Assembly (NCBI GenBank): GCA_951406725.2
Contig: OX597840.1
Location: forward strand, 18,476,001 to 18,540,000
Direction: 5' to 3'
Origin: Octopus vulgaris
Lineage: Eukaryota
DNA: 64,000 nt
Below are positions 43,164 to 52,846 of the stretch, piece by piece; positions within the stretch are counted from its first letter, which is position 1, and each line of letters starts with the position of its first letter. Position numbers and translations under genes: made by a program. The notes beneath the pieces are model-generated. The model saw nothing but the letters and a program-made list of their open reading frames with translations. It was not told where the DNA came from and made no database searches.

Positions 43164-45334
43164 CTATCTGTCTATCTCTGTCTATCTATCTATCTCTATC
43201 TGTCTATCTCTATCTATCTTTATCTGTCTATCTCTATCTGTCTATCTCTATCTGTCTATCTGTCTATCTCTATCTGTCTATCTGTCTATCTCTATCTGTC
43301 TATCTCTATCTGTCTATCTCTATCTGTCTATCTATCTATCTCTATCTGTCTATCTATCTATCTCTATCTGTCTATCTATCTATCTCTATCTGTCTGTCTA
43401 TCTAACTCTATCTGTCTGTCTATCTCTAGCTGTCTATCTGTCTATCTCTTTCAATCTGTCTGTCTGTTTGTGTCTGTTTGCCTATCTGTCTACTTGTCTA
43501 TCTTTGTCTACCTGTCTATCTTTGTCTGTCTATCTGTCTATCTATCTCTATTTGTCTGTCTCTCTGCTTGCCTGTCTCTATCTGAATATCTGTCTGTCTT
43601 CTTATCTATGTTTACCTCCCCCCCTTTCTTGCTTATCTTCCTCATACCTTTCTCAATCTATTTGTCTCTTCCTTCTACCTTTCTCTCTCTTTCTGTCAGT
43701 CTGACTGTTTGTCTCTTTCTTTCTCTCCCCCCCACCCCATCATGTTCTTTCTCATTTTTTCCTTCCTCTTTCTCTCTCATTCTTTTCCCTCTCTGTCCTT
43801 CACTTTGCCTTTCTCTTTTACCCTCTCTATTGTGCTCTTTTCTGTCATTCTCTCTCTATCCTCCCTCTGACTCTGCTATGCACAAATCCTTTCTCTTTCT
43901 CTCTCTTCATTCATCCTCTCTGTCACTCTTTTTCTCTCTGACTACACCCTCTCTCTCCCTGACATTCCTCTCCCTCCCTGACACTCCTCTCCAGCCATGT
44001 CCACCACTACCAACACCTGCACTCTCCACAACAATACTAAATGTCATTGACATCACTTGTCGTTCCCGTCAAAACTAGACAGCCTGTCAATTTCTTTCTT
44101 GCAGAGACAACAACAGTGCACTGTGCAGCCAGCGGGGTGAGTGCAACTGCGGAAGCTGCATATGTCAAGAGATGCCATCCAACCCGAACTACCACTACAG
44201 TGGTCGCTTCTGCGAGTGTGACGACTACTCCTGCCCAAACTACAACAACTTGTTGTGTGGAGGTAAGTTGCTATTACAACCACTACTACAACCACTGCTG
44301 CCACTACTACCACCACCACCACTACTACTACTACTACCACCGCCACCACTACTATTACCACCACTACTACTACTACCACCATCACTACTACCACTACTAC
44401 CGTCACTGCTGCCACCACCACTACCATCACCACCACCAATACTGCTACTACTACTCTTACCACCATTACTACCTTCACCACCACCACTACTACTACTATT
44501 ACCACCACTACTACCATCACCACCACCACTACCATCACTACCACCACCACCACTACTACTACTATTACCATCACTACCACCTTCATCACCACCACCACTA
44601 CTACCATCACCACCACTACTACTGCTACCACCACTATTACCATCATCACCACCACTACTACTACAACCGCTACTACTAGTACTGTGACGACCACCATTAC
44701 TACTGATGATGATGCTACTATTTCTACTACTGATGGCAGTTTTTTCTCATGTCCAAAGATCATAAGGAAGTGTGGTATGTGCCCTCAAGTGGTTATGTAA
44801 CCCAATCTCTGACGCGGCAGGGTTTTTCTCCTTTCCCGCTCTTCATTTTACAGTGGGAGTCAGCCTACACAACCGCAGAGGCTCAGCCAACCAAAACGGC
44901 TGCAGTGACCAGTAAGCTGAAGGTTTTTCCATTAGAGAGGCCTTCTCCATGGTGAATTGCTTTACAGAGCTGGGAGCCCCATCTACCCTGGAGTTGCCAG
45001 AAGGTATCAAAGATGGTACTGCCCTCCCCCACCACCACCATCGCAAGGGGCTCCACTTCTTGATTTGCAGTCAAGGTTGATTCCCTTAGCCTTTTCCTTT
45101 CTCAAATCCCTCACAAATTTTACATTAATCTAATGGGTTACTCTTTTACTTGTTTCAGTCATTTGACTGCGGCCATGCTGGAGCACTGCCTTTAGTCGAG
45201 CAAATCGACACCGGGACTTAGTCTTTGTAAGTCCAGTACTTATTCTATCGGTCTCTTTTGCCGAACCGCTAAGTGATGGGGACGTAAACACACCAGCATC
45301 GGTTGTCAAGCGATGTTGGAGGGGACAAACACAT

Positions 45335-45365
<31 letters not shown>

Positions 45366-48134
45366 CATATATACGATGGGCTTCTTTCAGTTTCCGTCTA
45401 GCAAATCCACTCACAAGGCATTGGTCGGCCCGGGGCTATAGTAGAAGACACTTGCCCAAGGTGCCACGCAGTGGGACTGAACCCGGAACCATGTGGTTGG
45501 TTAGCAAGCTACTTACCACACAGCCACTCTATACTTTTGTAGAGTCTTAAACAAAAATGTCTTTGACAGTGATTTCGAAGTTTCACCCAGCAAAGCCATC
45601 AAAATCCCTGCCCGTAACATTCTTGTTTAAGGATAATAAATGAATATATTACAATATTATCTGTACCAAGCAGTGTTTAGGTTTGTTAAGATATGTTTGT
45701 AACATCTTCCGTCTACTGAAGGCAAATTCACTGCAGTTATGGTGGAGAAAAAATACTCCCTCTTATGGTAAAAAAAAAATGTGTAAAAGCACCATATCTG
45801 TCCCATGCTGCCACCAATGTCAGATTCCCAGACATTGATGTTTCTAGCTTAGTCATTATCAATGGGAAATATTGAAGGGAGGAAACTCTGGACAGACCTA
45901 ATCAAAGCTGTGGCTTTAAGAAAAATAGTCAACAAAATTGACTGGTTTACTCCAGTAGACCATCATGGTCGTGAAAATCGCTGTAATATCAGTGCCAAGC
46001 AGTGTTTAGGCATAAGTAAACGACAGCTTAGTTAAAATACGTTTTTGACCTATTTCAACTGCTAAAAGTTACCCTGAAGAAAATATTCTTTTTATGGTAC
46101 AAAAAAAAAGTGTAAAAATACATCTGTTCAGTGCTACCACCGGTTGGATTCTCAGACATCAATGTTTCTTACCTCTGAGCTATTATCAATGGAAAATGTC
46201 AAAGGGAGGCAACCTGAGACATGCTTAGCCCTTTAGCATTTAAGCTGGCCATATCTGGCCCAAATATGCTTCCTGTTTTATGTTCTAACCATCCAGATCA
46301 AACCTATCACACCTACCCTTCAATGCCATTATAAAATATACAGTCACATCATCAAAATTTAAAAGCTACAAAATAATGCAGCATTAATTAAAAACAGTTT
46401 AAATGAAAAAGTGTTACCTTTGAGAGAATAATCTGAATACTAAATGTGTGTGTGTGTGTGTGCACTTATGTATACACATATACATACATATCTCTACATA
46501 TTTTTTGTCTTTTGTGACTCATCTCTAGGTCCCTCTCATGGCTCTTGTAAATGTGGAGTCTGTGAGTGCAAACCTGAATACACTGGAATGAACTGTGGAT
46601 GTGTGAAAAGTACTGCAACATGTTTGAGCAAAAACAAAGTAAGTATTCTTGTTTCTTTTTTTTCCTTTTCTTGTCTCTGGAACTTTCTAATCTTGTTGTT
46701 GCTATTGTTGTTTTTACCCTTGTCCCTTGTTGCATATGTAAGCATATATATATATGTATATATATATATAATACAAATAATAAAATGGAGAAACAATTTA
46801 GTTTGTTCATCATCTTTTGGATATTAGAATGTTGACTTATTTATTCATTTAACAAAAATGAGAATCTTAATAGCATACATATATACATTATAATTCAATA
46901 CATATAAGATAAGAATAAAATTATAAAAATCATAATATAAATTATTGAAATCATTAAAATCACTCCTTACAGCTGTTTCAGCCTATGGATAAAAGTAGTT
47001 TTTTTTTCAGTGCCTACAGTTGTCAATTATATTGAGGTTGTAAGCATTTAAAAATAGGGTACTTTTATATAACCATAGGCCTTGTCAGAGATTATAAAGA
47101 ACTTTAAAAATATTAATACATGAAACAGGATACATGTAAAATTTAATATATATAAAGATATGAACAAATATCCATATACACCCACATATATACATACATA
47201 AGCAGAGTATATATACTTTTACATGTGTATAACTACATAAATAAACATGGAAAAGGTATCTCATAAAACTAAACAAATTTCTTAAAAATGGAGAAGAGAA
47301 AATGTTAAAATTTAAGAGAATTTTAATTAATGCATACGATCGTTTCAAACAATGTTATTAAAACATGCAAACATTCAACCATGAACTTGCATGTTTTAAT
47401 ATCGCTGTTTGAAATGATCGTATGTATAAATTAAAATTCTCTTACATTTTAACATTTTCTCTTCTCCATTTTTAAAAAATTTGTTGAGTTTTATGGGATT
47501 CCTTTCCATAAATTCTCACAACACACCATATACAAGTATTATTTCAATATTTGCAAGCTTACATCAGTAAGCTACCAGCAAAGTATGAAGAATCTACATT
47601 AGAAATTGTTTTTTGGAATGCTCCAAATTAAAGGACAAAATATAAGTCAACCTTTTCACACACACACACATATATATATATGTATATATAAAACACGTAT
47701 GTGTGAAAATGTATATTTCTATATAGGGAGAGTTTACGAAAAAAAACAAAAGACGAAGACAGGTGGTGTACAAAACAAACAGATGTATTAGTATAACGCT
47801 CAGGAATAGAAAAAGTCTTTTACGTTTTGAGCCTATGCTCTTCTACAGAAAGGGACACAGAAAAAAACAAGGAGAGAAAAAATGTGTGTAGTGGCTACCG
47901 ATCTATCATGGCGACTCATAGAAATCTATATATTTCTATATAGATGTGTGTGTATGTATGCACGTGCAAATGTATGTGTTTTAATATGTATAGATGTGTA
48001 TGTGTGTATGCAAGTGTGTTCTAAAGATGTGTGTGTGTGTGTGTGTGCCTCATCCTTTGATTAGGATGTTTTATGTGCAAGAATTATATTGGTCCAACCA
48101 AGTTGACTGACATGGATGGATAGATGGACCAATT

Positions 48135-48178
<44 letters not shown>

Positions 48179-48207
48179 TGTATTCAGCTCTCCCTGTCTC
48201 TTTCTCT

Positions 48208-48261
<54 letters not shown>

Positions 48262-48776
48262 AATATGTTTCTTTTTTATTTCCTCCCACAGAAAATCTGC
48301 AATGGCCACGGCACCTGTAAATGTGGTGTCTGCAAGTGTGAAGAGAACTCTAACTACACAGGCAAACTGTGTGAAGATTGTCCAGTAAGTAGAACTCTTG
48401 GAATTATTTCTAGAAAAGGAAAATGGTCAAAATAAGAAATACAAGGGGATGCTGAGAAGAGTAATAAAAACATACTGCTCTACCTTCAGTAGTCGAGTAC
48501 TAATTTTTCCCTCTTTGTTTTACATTTATGTGCTTAGTCCTATATATATGAAGGGGTGATGAAAAATGCCTGGCTTTAAGGGTATTGCGAAAGGATTGGC
48601 TGGAGGCCCAAACTTCCAAGTTCTTTTACAGGGCTTAAAAAAACTAAAGGACTGTTGCAATAAGTGTGTGAATCTGAGAAGGGAATATGAGGAATAAAAT
48701 CATAATTAAGCAATCCTCCTATGTTTTCTTTTACCTAAAGCCGGAAGTTATCAACACCTCCTTGTGTGTGAGTGTG

Positions 48777-48809
<33 letters not shown>

Positions 48810-51800
48810 GACAAGATGAAGCATCTGGATCAGATATATCTGGAGGCGGAAGATGCTTCACAGAAAGGTGACATCAAGTTTGTTTTTCGTTTGGTGAAGG
48901 AATTGAGTAGAAAGAGGAAGTGGACTCTACGTAGTGATGTCATCAAGGATAAAGAAGGTAACATCCTGACAGAGGAAGAGGACATCAAAGCTAGGTGGAG
49001 GGAATACAGCACCGATTTGTACAGAAGGAGGCAGGAAGATCTCCCTGCTGCACTTGCTGTAGCCAAAGACAGAGAACCAGAACCACTCAAAGAAGTGAGG
49101 CAGGTGCTGTACCATACCAACAACGGGAAGAGCCCTTGCATGGATGAACTTCCCATTGAGGTATGGAAGGCGACAGGAGATATTGGGATAGAATTGTGGA
49201 GACTGTATGTCAAGATCTGGAACAACATGGAGTGGCCGATCGACTGGTGTCGTGCAGTCTTCGTACCAATACCAAAGAAAGGCAACCCACACGAGTGCTC
49301 TAACCACCGAACCATCGGCTTTATTGTCTATGCAAGCAAGATCCTACTGTGAATCATTGTAGGTAGACTGCAGCGGAAATATAGCAGTTTCATCGCTGAG
49401 GAACAAGCCGGCTTCGTCAAGGGAAGAGGAACACGGGAACAGATAGTCAACATCAGGGTGATGATCGAGAAGTTTTAGGAATGTAACATCCCATTTTACA
49501 TGTGTTTCATCGACTACTCTAAGGCCTTCGACTGGGTGAGACACAGCAAGCTGTGGGACATCATTAAGGACATGGGATTTCCTGAACACTTAGTCGCACT
49601 GTTGGGCGACTATATAAAGATCAATAGTCATCTGTTAGGACGTCCGTCAGTAACACTGAGTGGTTCAGCATTGAGTGGGGTGTCCGACAGGGATGTGTTC
49701 TGTCTCCATATCTGTACAACATCTATGCAGAAAACATCATAAGAGTGGTGAAGGAGCACTACGACGGTGGTGTGCATATTGGTGGAGAAAGGCTGCGCAA
49801 TCTGAGATACGCCAATGACACAACCCTCATAAGTAACAGCAAGGATGAATTGCTGCAGATGATACGCAAAGTGAAAGACATGAGTGCACACAGTGACCTA
49901 TTCCTGAATGTAAAGAAGACAAAGACCTTGGTGGGGGATAAGTACCAGACAGACCAAGGTGACTTCACCGAGGACGGAGAGATGATTCAGGAAGTGGATG
50001 ATTTTTATATACTTGGGATCCACAATCAGCACCAGTGGATCAAGTACACCAGAGATATGGAGAAGGCTCGTGATAGCGAGGCAAACGGTACAGGATATGG
50101 AGAACATCTGGAAGAGTCATGGCGTGTCAGTGCTGCTGAAGATAAGGCTACTTTTCGGGCTGCTGCTTTCTCTATTACGACGTACGGCTGCGAGTCGTGG
50201 ACAATATTGAAGGCAGACGAGAAAAGAGTGAGTGCTTTTGAAATGTGGTGTTACCACAGAATCCTTAGAGTGTCATGGATGGAGAGAAGGACGAACAACT
50301 GGGTACTAGAAAAGCTCGGTTGCAAGATGATGCTTCGGCGAAACATCACGAAGCGGAAGCTACAGTTCTTTGGCCACTTCATGCGCTGAGATGGACTTCA
50401 GTGAACGATCATAACTGGCAAAGTGACCGGCAGATGTAAAAGAGGCAGAGCACCCACCCACTTCTTGGCTGAAAGACATCGCAGTCACAGGATTGTCTTT
50501 ATTCTCAGCTGTCCCTGGGATAGAGGACAGGAGAAGGTGACAAGACATCGTGATGACCACAGCATCGCATAGTGCAACACTTGACTAGGATGATGATGAT
50601 GATGATGATATATACTTTATTTAAAGCAGCAGAAAATTCAACAAAACCTGTTACTCTGAGTTTCCCGTTGCCATTCATCGGACAGTCCGATGAACGGCAA
50701 CAGGAAACTCAGAGTAACAGGTTTTGTTGAATTTTCTGCTGCTTTAAATAAAGCATATTACTCTACCACTGGTATTTGAGTACTCTTTTTTCCACCTTGT
50801 TTCACATGTATGTGTTTACTCTGGTATATATATATATATATTATATACACAAATATACACACATATACACACACAAGGGGGTGCTGAATAGTTCCTGGCT
50901 TTAAGGGTGTCACAAAAGGCCTGGTAAGAGGCCCAACTTTCCAAGTTCTTTTACAGGGCTTAGAAATATGGAAAGACCTCTGCAATAAATGTGTGAATCC
51001 GAGAGAGGAAAAAATTGAATAAAACCATAATGAACTGATCCTCCTGTATTTTCTTTTATCCAAAACCAGGACCTTTTCAGCACCCACTCGATATATTTCA
51101 ACTGCTAAAAGTTACCCTGGAGAAAATATTTTACTTATGGTACAAAAGAAAAAAAAAGTGTGAAGATAGCTTCACAGCAGATGAAGGCTATTCTAATACC
51201 CTACCCTATTTCAACCTCTCACTCTCTCTTTCTAGGCTTGTCTCAGCAAGTGCAGTATCTACAAGGAATGCGTCAAGTGTGTACTTAACAATAATGGTGT
51301 TAACTCAACAGACTGTTTCAAGATCTGTGATTACAAACTGGTTACAATGGTGGACACATTGGATGCCGCCAATAATGGTAAGTGACTGTCTTGCTTCTCG
51401 CTCAAATTCTCACCTCATTTCCACCCCCTGTACCATCCAGTGATTGAGTGGTTGAGCAAGGGTATTCATACTTACAACTGCCTCTCTTTTCCTCATCCAC
51501 CCCTGCCTGATACCCTACATCATCCCCACTTCTCCCCCACCTCTCTCTCTCTCCCACATCTTTCTCCTGTCTACTGTTATATTGTTATGGTTCTGCTGTT
51601 CAGCACCGTCAGTCATCTCCTCTCCCCCACCTCATCGTTTTCGAATGCCACCCGATCACTCCCACTTTCTCTTCTGATATGCACATTGTCTTGTAGCTCC
51701 CCTGCACTGGCCCCTGCGCCTCTTGAAGGAGATGACAGAGGACCAAGATATGTGGTGCATTGTTTGTACTTGAGAAGATCTACTCACAACGACAGAAACA

Positions 51801-52846
51801 AGATCCTAAAAGCAAAGTGCCACATAAAAAGCACTGGTGATGGTTCCTCATAAAAAGCACCCAGTATACACTTTGTAAAATGGTTGGTGTCAGGAAGGGC
51901 ATCCAGCCATAGGAACCATGCCAAAACAGACAATGGAACCTGGTGCAGCCCCTGGCCTTGTCAGTTCCTATTAACCCTTTCAATTCCAACCCGGCTGAAA
52001 CCGCCTCTGGCTCTGTAGTACAAATGTTTTGTTTTCATAAGTTTTCAATAAAAATCTTCCACCAAACTTTAGTCATGATTTATGTTCTCAACCCTAGCTT
52101 AATTATAACTAAGTTATTTTACTAAATTCTTTGTTGTATTTAGAATTAATTGAAAGAAACACAGAGTATCTCAAAATAAATACGGTAACAAAAGGGTTAA
52201 GCTGTCCAACCCATGCCAGCATGGAAAACAGACATTAAATTTGATGAAGATGAGGCCCTCATTTCTGAGCATAAAGTTACCCTCCTCGGGGTTCATAGTC
52301 CAGCATACTGTGTGATGACCTCACTAATGTTGGTGGCATGGGAAAAGCACCCAGTACATGCTGTAATGTGGTTGGTGTTAGCAAGGACATCCAGCCATAG
52401 AAAGCATGTCAAAGTAGACACAGGAGCTCAAGGTAGGCCTTAAGATCCATCAGATCCTGTCAAATCACCCAACACATCAGTATCAGGGCCAGCTCAAGGT
52501 CCTGGCAACTTGGGCAGTCACCCAGGGTGCCATGTGGTAGGTAAGGAAAAGGAGGACGTGAATAAGGGCAAGGAGATTTTCACAATCATAAACTTGTGCA
52601 TGCTGAAGATTAGCTTGGCCAGGACACCAGTAACTCTAGGACTGGCCCTGGTCAGTATAGAATGAGGACATTAACCAAAAATGATGATGCTGGCTGTTGT
52701 TATTGTTATGATGATGATTAATTATCAATGTTTCTTAATTTCAGACACAAAAAAGAAGTGTACAGTGGAGTTAGACGAATGTTACGTCCATTATTTAATC
52801 ATCTCGGATTACGATACAGATAGGATTGATGTTAAGAAGAAACAAG
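8856..52846 (+). CDS. ITGB: Integrin beta subunit gene (partial: 19 ectodomain exons, ~683 aa; signal-peptide and TM/cytoplasmic exons not found)
   Basis: Manual splicing of 19 AG/GT-bounded exons gives one continuous frame with integrin-beta hallmarks (PSI Cys pattern, [58 protein letters not shown], four I-EGF repeats, beta-tail Cys). The orthologue (beta1/PS-like vs lineage-specific) cannot be fixed from sequence alone. Confidence 0.97.
11076..11764. mobile_element. Tc1/mariner-like fold-back MITE containing two mirror-image TTAA MITEs (11161-11382 and 11457-11677)
   Basis: TA-flanked ~85-bp inverted arms TTGGGTTGGGGCAAAATTATTGCAGC / GCTGCAATAATTATGCACCAGCCCAA; inner CCC..GGG elements; further inner-family fragments at ~39420-39595 and 46229-46445. 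Confidence 0.7.
12829..12924 (+). CDS. ITGB: Integrin beta exon, end of PSI ([32 protein letters not shown])
   Basis: ttttccag|...aag|gtcagt; 96 nt, phase 0/0. Confidence 0.9.
13369..13414 (+). ncRNA. Hammerhead-like motif in the right arm of a fold-back element (mirror copy 13107-13152 on -)
   Basis: gacac CTGAAGA a ggctg..cagcc GAAA CGTT gtgtt. Confidence 0.6.
16056..16128 (+). CDS. ITGB: Integrin beta exon, hybrid domain ([24 protein letters not shown])
   Basis: aatag|...|gtaagt; QIQPQ..LRVRP matches the conserved QIxPQxxxLxLRP. Confidence 0.93.
16857..16988 (+). CDS. ITGB: Integrin beta exon with MIDAS loop ([44 protein letters not shown])
   Basis: caccag|...g|gtaagt; [12 protein letters not shown] motif; phase 1/1. 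Confidence 0.97.
18204..18650 (+). repeat. 26-bp minisatellite, ~17 units (GTGCCACATAAGACGCATTGGTGATG)
   Basis: Direct head-to-tail units with few substitutions and no spacers. Confidence 0.95.
19025..19435 (+). mobile_element. Second tRNA-derived SINE family (GCCTTTCATCCTTTCGGGGTCGATAAATTAAGTACCAG central domain, Meta-SINE-like), here with internal duplication
   Basis: Head GGCGAGCTGGCAGAA...GAGTTCAAATTC; other copies at 3140-3380, 6279-6480, 15100-15332, 25455-25650, 38743-38975(+), 56715-57128(-). Confidence 0.85.
20179..20481 (+). mobile_element. Non-autonomous Helitron-like element sharing the 3' ~140 bp with 41636-42025
   Basis: A|TC start, ...TTACAAACCTGAGCAACGCTGGGCGATACTGCTAG|T end. 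Confidence 0.72.
20520..20925 (+). mobile_element. Retroposon made of the RTE 3' UTR/tail (GGCGTTAGGAAGGGCATCCAG...CCAACCCATGCTAGCATGGAA..GACGTTAAA(GAT)n)
   Basis: Same sequence as 32200-32792; further copies at ~11960-12355, 15380-15985, 17337-17680(-), 22300-22636, 38440-38720, 55395-55695, 58630-58960(-). Confidence 0.85.
21074..21170 (+). CDS. ITGB: Integrin beta exon, beta-I ([32 protein letters not shown])
   Basis: ccacag|...|gtaagt; GxGSFxDK motif; phase 1/2. Confidence 0.96.
23312..23716. mobile_element. MITE with ~28-bp TIRs and an internal TTAGGG doublet
   Basis: GGATTTTTTCGGTTTGAACGGCAG ... CTGCCGTTCAAACCGAAAAGATCC. Confidence 0.75.
24155..24680 (-). mobile_element. CR1-clade LINE 3' fragment
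   Basis: [23 protein letters not shown]...KII and R..FF..RV..WN-like C-terminus; internal ~28-bp tandem duplication near 24457-24516. Confidence 0.85.
26175..26271 (+). CDS. ITGB: Integrin beta exon, specificity-determining loop ([32 protein letters not shown])
   Basis: ttctccag|...|gtaagt; NPC..C loop; phase 2/0. Confidence 0.95.
26988..27225 (-). mobile_element. CR1-like LINE 3' end with (TAAC)n tail; shorter + strand copies at ~10078-10200 and ~10348-10510
   Basis: Minus frame [34 protein letters not shown]; identical 3' UTR in all three copies. Confidence 0.8.
27644..28540. repeat. Large diverged inverted repeat (~350-bp arms, ~190-bp spacer)
   Basis: 27644-27990 is the reverse complement of 28182-28540. 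Confidence 0.85.
27832..27930 (-). ncRNA. Hammerhead motif with long stem II; degenerate mirror copy at 28241-28362(+)
   Basis: Reverse complement cct CTGATGA agcc...ggca GAAA TGGCCG TA agg. Confidence 0.6.
28997..29092 (+). ncRNA. Hammerhead-like motif with long stem II
   Basis: gac CTGTCGA ttgggagtgcgta...tacgtaccctcat GAAA CACGTG TA gtc. Confidence 0.55.
29736..29828 (+). CDS. ITGB: Integrin beta exon, SyMBS/MIDAS Glu ([31 protein letters not shown])
   Basis: ttgcag|...|gtaagt; NLDxPEGG-like motif; phase 0/0. Confidence 0.97.
30381..30474 (+). ncRNA. CpG-decayed hammerhead motif with stem I extended by ~40 bp
   Basis: tagac CTGATGA gtg...cac AAAA TGTGCA TA gtcta. Confidence 0.5.
30762..30845 (+). 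CDS. ITGB: Integrin beta exon ([28 protein letters not shown])
   Basis: ttacag|...aag|gtgagt; IGWR and DAxFHxAGDGK motifs. Confidence 0.97.
31137..31354. mobile_element. Tc1/mariner-like MITE; copies at 48549-48764, 50874-51090 and 60774-60963
   Basis: TIR C(A/G)AGGGGGTGCTGAAAAGTTCCTGG, mostly TA-flanked, shared internal sequence. Confidence 0.75.
31444..32792 (+). mobile_element. 5'-truncated RTE-type LINE with intact C-terminal ORF (to 32199), repeat-rich 3' UTR and (GAT)n tail
   Basis: Open frame [12 protein letters not shown]...FRYLG...LHGSETW...RRLRWYGHV...RPRKTW; candidate 7-bp TSD GAAGGAT at 31437-31443 and 32793-32799. Confidence 0.93.
32835..33152 (-). mobile_element. Fourth tRNA-derived SINE (GTGTCCTTGAGCAAG..TTGCTCCAGTCCACTCAGCTG domain); degenerate + copy at ~19460-19715
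   Basis: tRNA A/B boxes followed by a V/CORE-like conserved domain; shared 3' body between the two copies. Confidence 0.7.
33996..34030 (+). ncRNA. Minimal hammerhead-like motif (U4C variant); second copy at 16244-16278
   Basis: gttt CCGATGA a gagc-tcg-gctc GAAA CGTT aaac. Confidence 0.55.
34469..34543 (+). CDS. ITGB: Integrin beta exon ([25 protein letters not shown])
   Basis: ttgcag|...cag|gtaaga; LGGxVxPNDGxCHL motif. Confidence 0.97.
36979..37167 (+). CDS. ITGB: Integrin beta exon, end of beta-I ([23 protein letters not shown]...IVKDNYA)
   Basis: ccacag|...|gtgagt; DYPS and IFAV motifs; 189 nt. Confidence 0.96.
37200..37780. repeat. Compound (TCTG/TCTA/ATCG/ATCA/ATCC) tetranucleotide repeat with a 20-24 bp higher-order unit
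   Basis: Repeated GATCAATCCATCTGTCT(GTCT) units. Confidence 0.9.
37961..38034 (+). CDS. ITGB: Integrin beta exon, hybrid ([24 protein letters not shown])
   Basis: ttccag|...gg|gtaagg; phase 0/2. Confidence 0.88.
39600..40075. repeat. CATGTGAGTG-rich complex tandem repeat (~3 diverged higher-order units)
   Basis: GGGTAAGGATGCATGTGAGTGTGGGACAAAAGCACTTGTA recurs at ~39621 and ~39967. Confidence 0.75.
40208..40259 (+). CDS. ITGB: Integrin beta short exon, hybrid ([17 protein letters not shown])
   Basis: ccacag|...acg|gtaagg; phase 2/0 bridges the neighbouring exons and supplies the partner Cys (C-x-x-I-K-x-x-x-T-V-x-F pattern). Confidence 0.87.
41107..41247 (+). CDS. ITGB: Integrin beta exon, end of hybrid ([12 protein letters not shown]...[28 protein letters not shown])
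   Basis: caacag|...ccg|gtgagt; IxPVG and CECDC motifs. Confidence 0.96.
41363..41423 (-). ncRNA. Hammerhead-like motif; the same family forms a fold-back at ~33780-33905
   Basis: Reverse complement gataa CTGAAGA gatg...catc c GAAA CTCAGGGT T ttacc; the sister copy shows GAAACTCGGAGTT ttatc. Confidence 0.45.
41636..42025 (+). mobile_element. Non-autonomous Helitron-like element
   Basis: 5' TC, 3' CTAG, subterminal hairpin CCCGAGCAACGCCGGG, inserted between A and T with no TSD. Confidence 0.75.
42596..42732 (+). CDS. ITGB: Integrin beta exon, I-EGF1 ([31 protein letters not shown]...NRCR)
   Basis: ctgcag|...cc|gtaagt; CS..G..xCGxCxC motif. Confidence 0.96.
42760..43610. repeat. (TCTA)n/(TCTG)n/(CCTG)n compound microsatellite
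   Basis: Read directly; source of the spurious 474-aa ORF. Confidence 0.95.
44105..44262 (+). CDS. ITGB: Integrin beta exon, I-EGF2/3 ([20 protein letters not shown]...[22 protein letters not shown])
   Basis: ttgcag|...g|gtaagt; GxFCECDxxSC motif. Confidence 0.97.
44270..44705. repeat. (CAC/TAC)n trinucleotide tract directly after the exon donor at 44262
   Basis: Read directly from the sequence. Confidence 0.95.
45140..45529 (-). mobile_element. Same tRNA/CORE SINE, full-length antisense copy
   Basis: Near-exact reverse complement of 54115-54520. Confidence 0.9.
46529..46638 (+). CDS. ITGB: Integrin beta exon, I-EGF3 ([36 protein letters not shown])
   Basis: ctctag|...|gtaagt; phase 1/0. 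Confidence 0.96.
46965..47091 (-). ncRNA. Hammerhead motif with long stem II (G8 lost, consistent with CpG decay)
   Basis: Reverse complement tct CTGACAA ggcctatgg...ccataggct GAAA CAGCTG TA agg. Confidence 0.55.
48292..48384 (+). CDS. ITGB: Integrin beta exon, I-EGF4 ([31 protein letters not shown])
   Basis: ccacag|...|gtaagt; CNGxGxCxCGxCxC...CExCP. Confidence 0.97.
48810..50609 (+). mobile_element. 5'-truncated RTE-clade (BovB-like) LINE, degenerate reverse transcriptase
   Basis: Peptides [50 protein letters not shown] (YADD decayed), YGCESWT, FEMWCY; stops and frameshifts; (GAT)n tail; sits in a (TA)n tract. Confidence 0.95.
50611..50757. repeat. Near-perfect palindrome (73-bp arms, 1-nt centre at 50684) with hammerhead-like cores; related copy at ~57945-58108
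   Basis: gt CCGATGA ac...GAAA CTCAGAGT A acag in the arms; both copies share the same 3' extension ending in (TA)n. Confidence 0.8.
51236..51377 (+). CDS. ITGB: Integrin beta exon, beta-tail ([47 protein letters not shown])
   Basis: ttctag|...g|gtaagt; KxCVxC beta-tail pattern. Confidence 0.94.
51975..52196. mobile_element. piggyBac-like MITE (TTAA TSD, CCC..GGG ends); further copies at 34908-35129, 35163-35403 and ~30878-31100
   Basis: TTAA|CCCTTT...AAAGGG|TTAA; this copy splits an RTE-tail retroposon at a TTAA site. Confidence 0.8.
52745..52846 (+). CDS. ITGB: Integrin beta exon, beta-tail C-part ([34 protein letters not shown])
   Basis: tttcag|...aag|gtgagt; C-x6-C-xxxY pattern; phase 1/1. 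Confidence 0.9.

Noticed and set aside
42654-44078. 474-aa ORF and overlapping long ORFs
   Set aside because: These are translations of the (TCTA)n/(TCTG)n microsatellite, out of frame with the true exon 42596-42732.
44041-44763. His/Tyr-, Pro/Leu- and Val-rich ORFs
   Set aside because: They come from the trinucleotide tract after a canonical donor at 44262.
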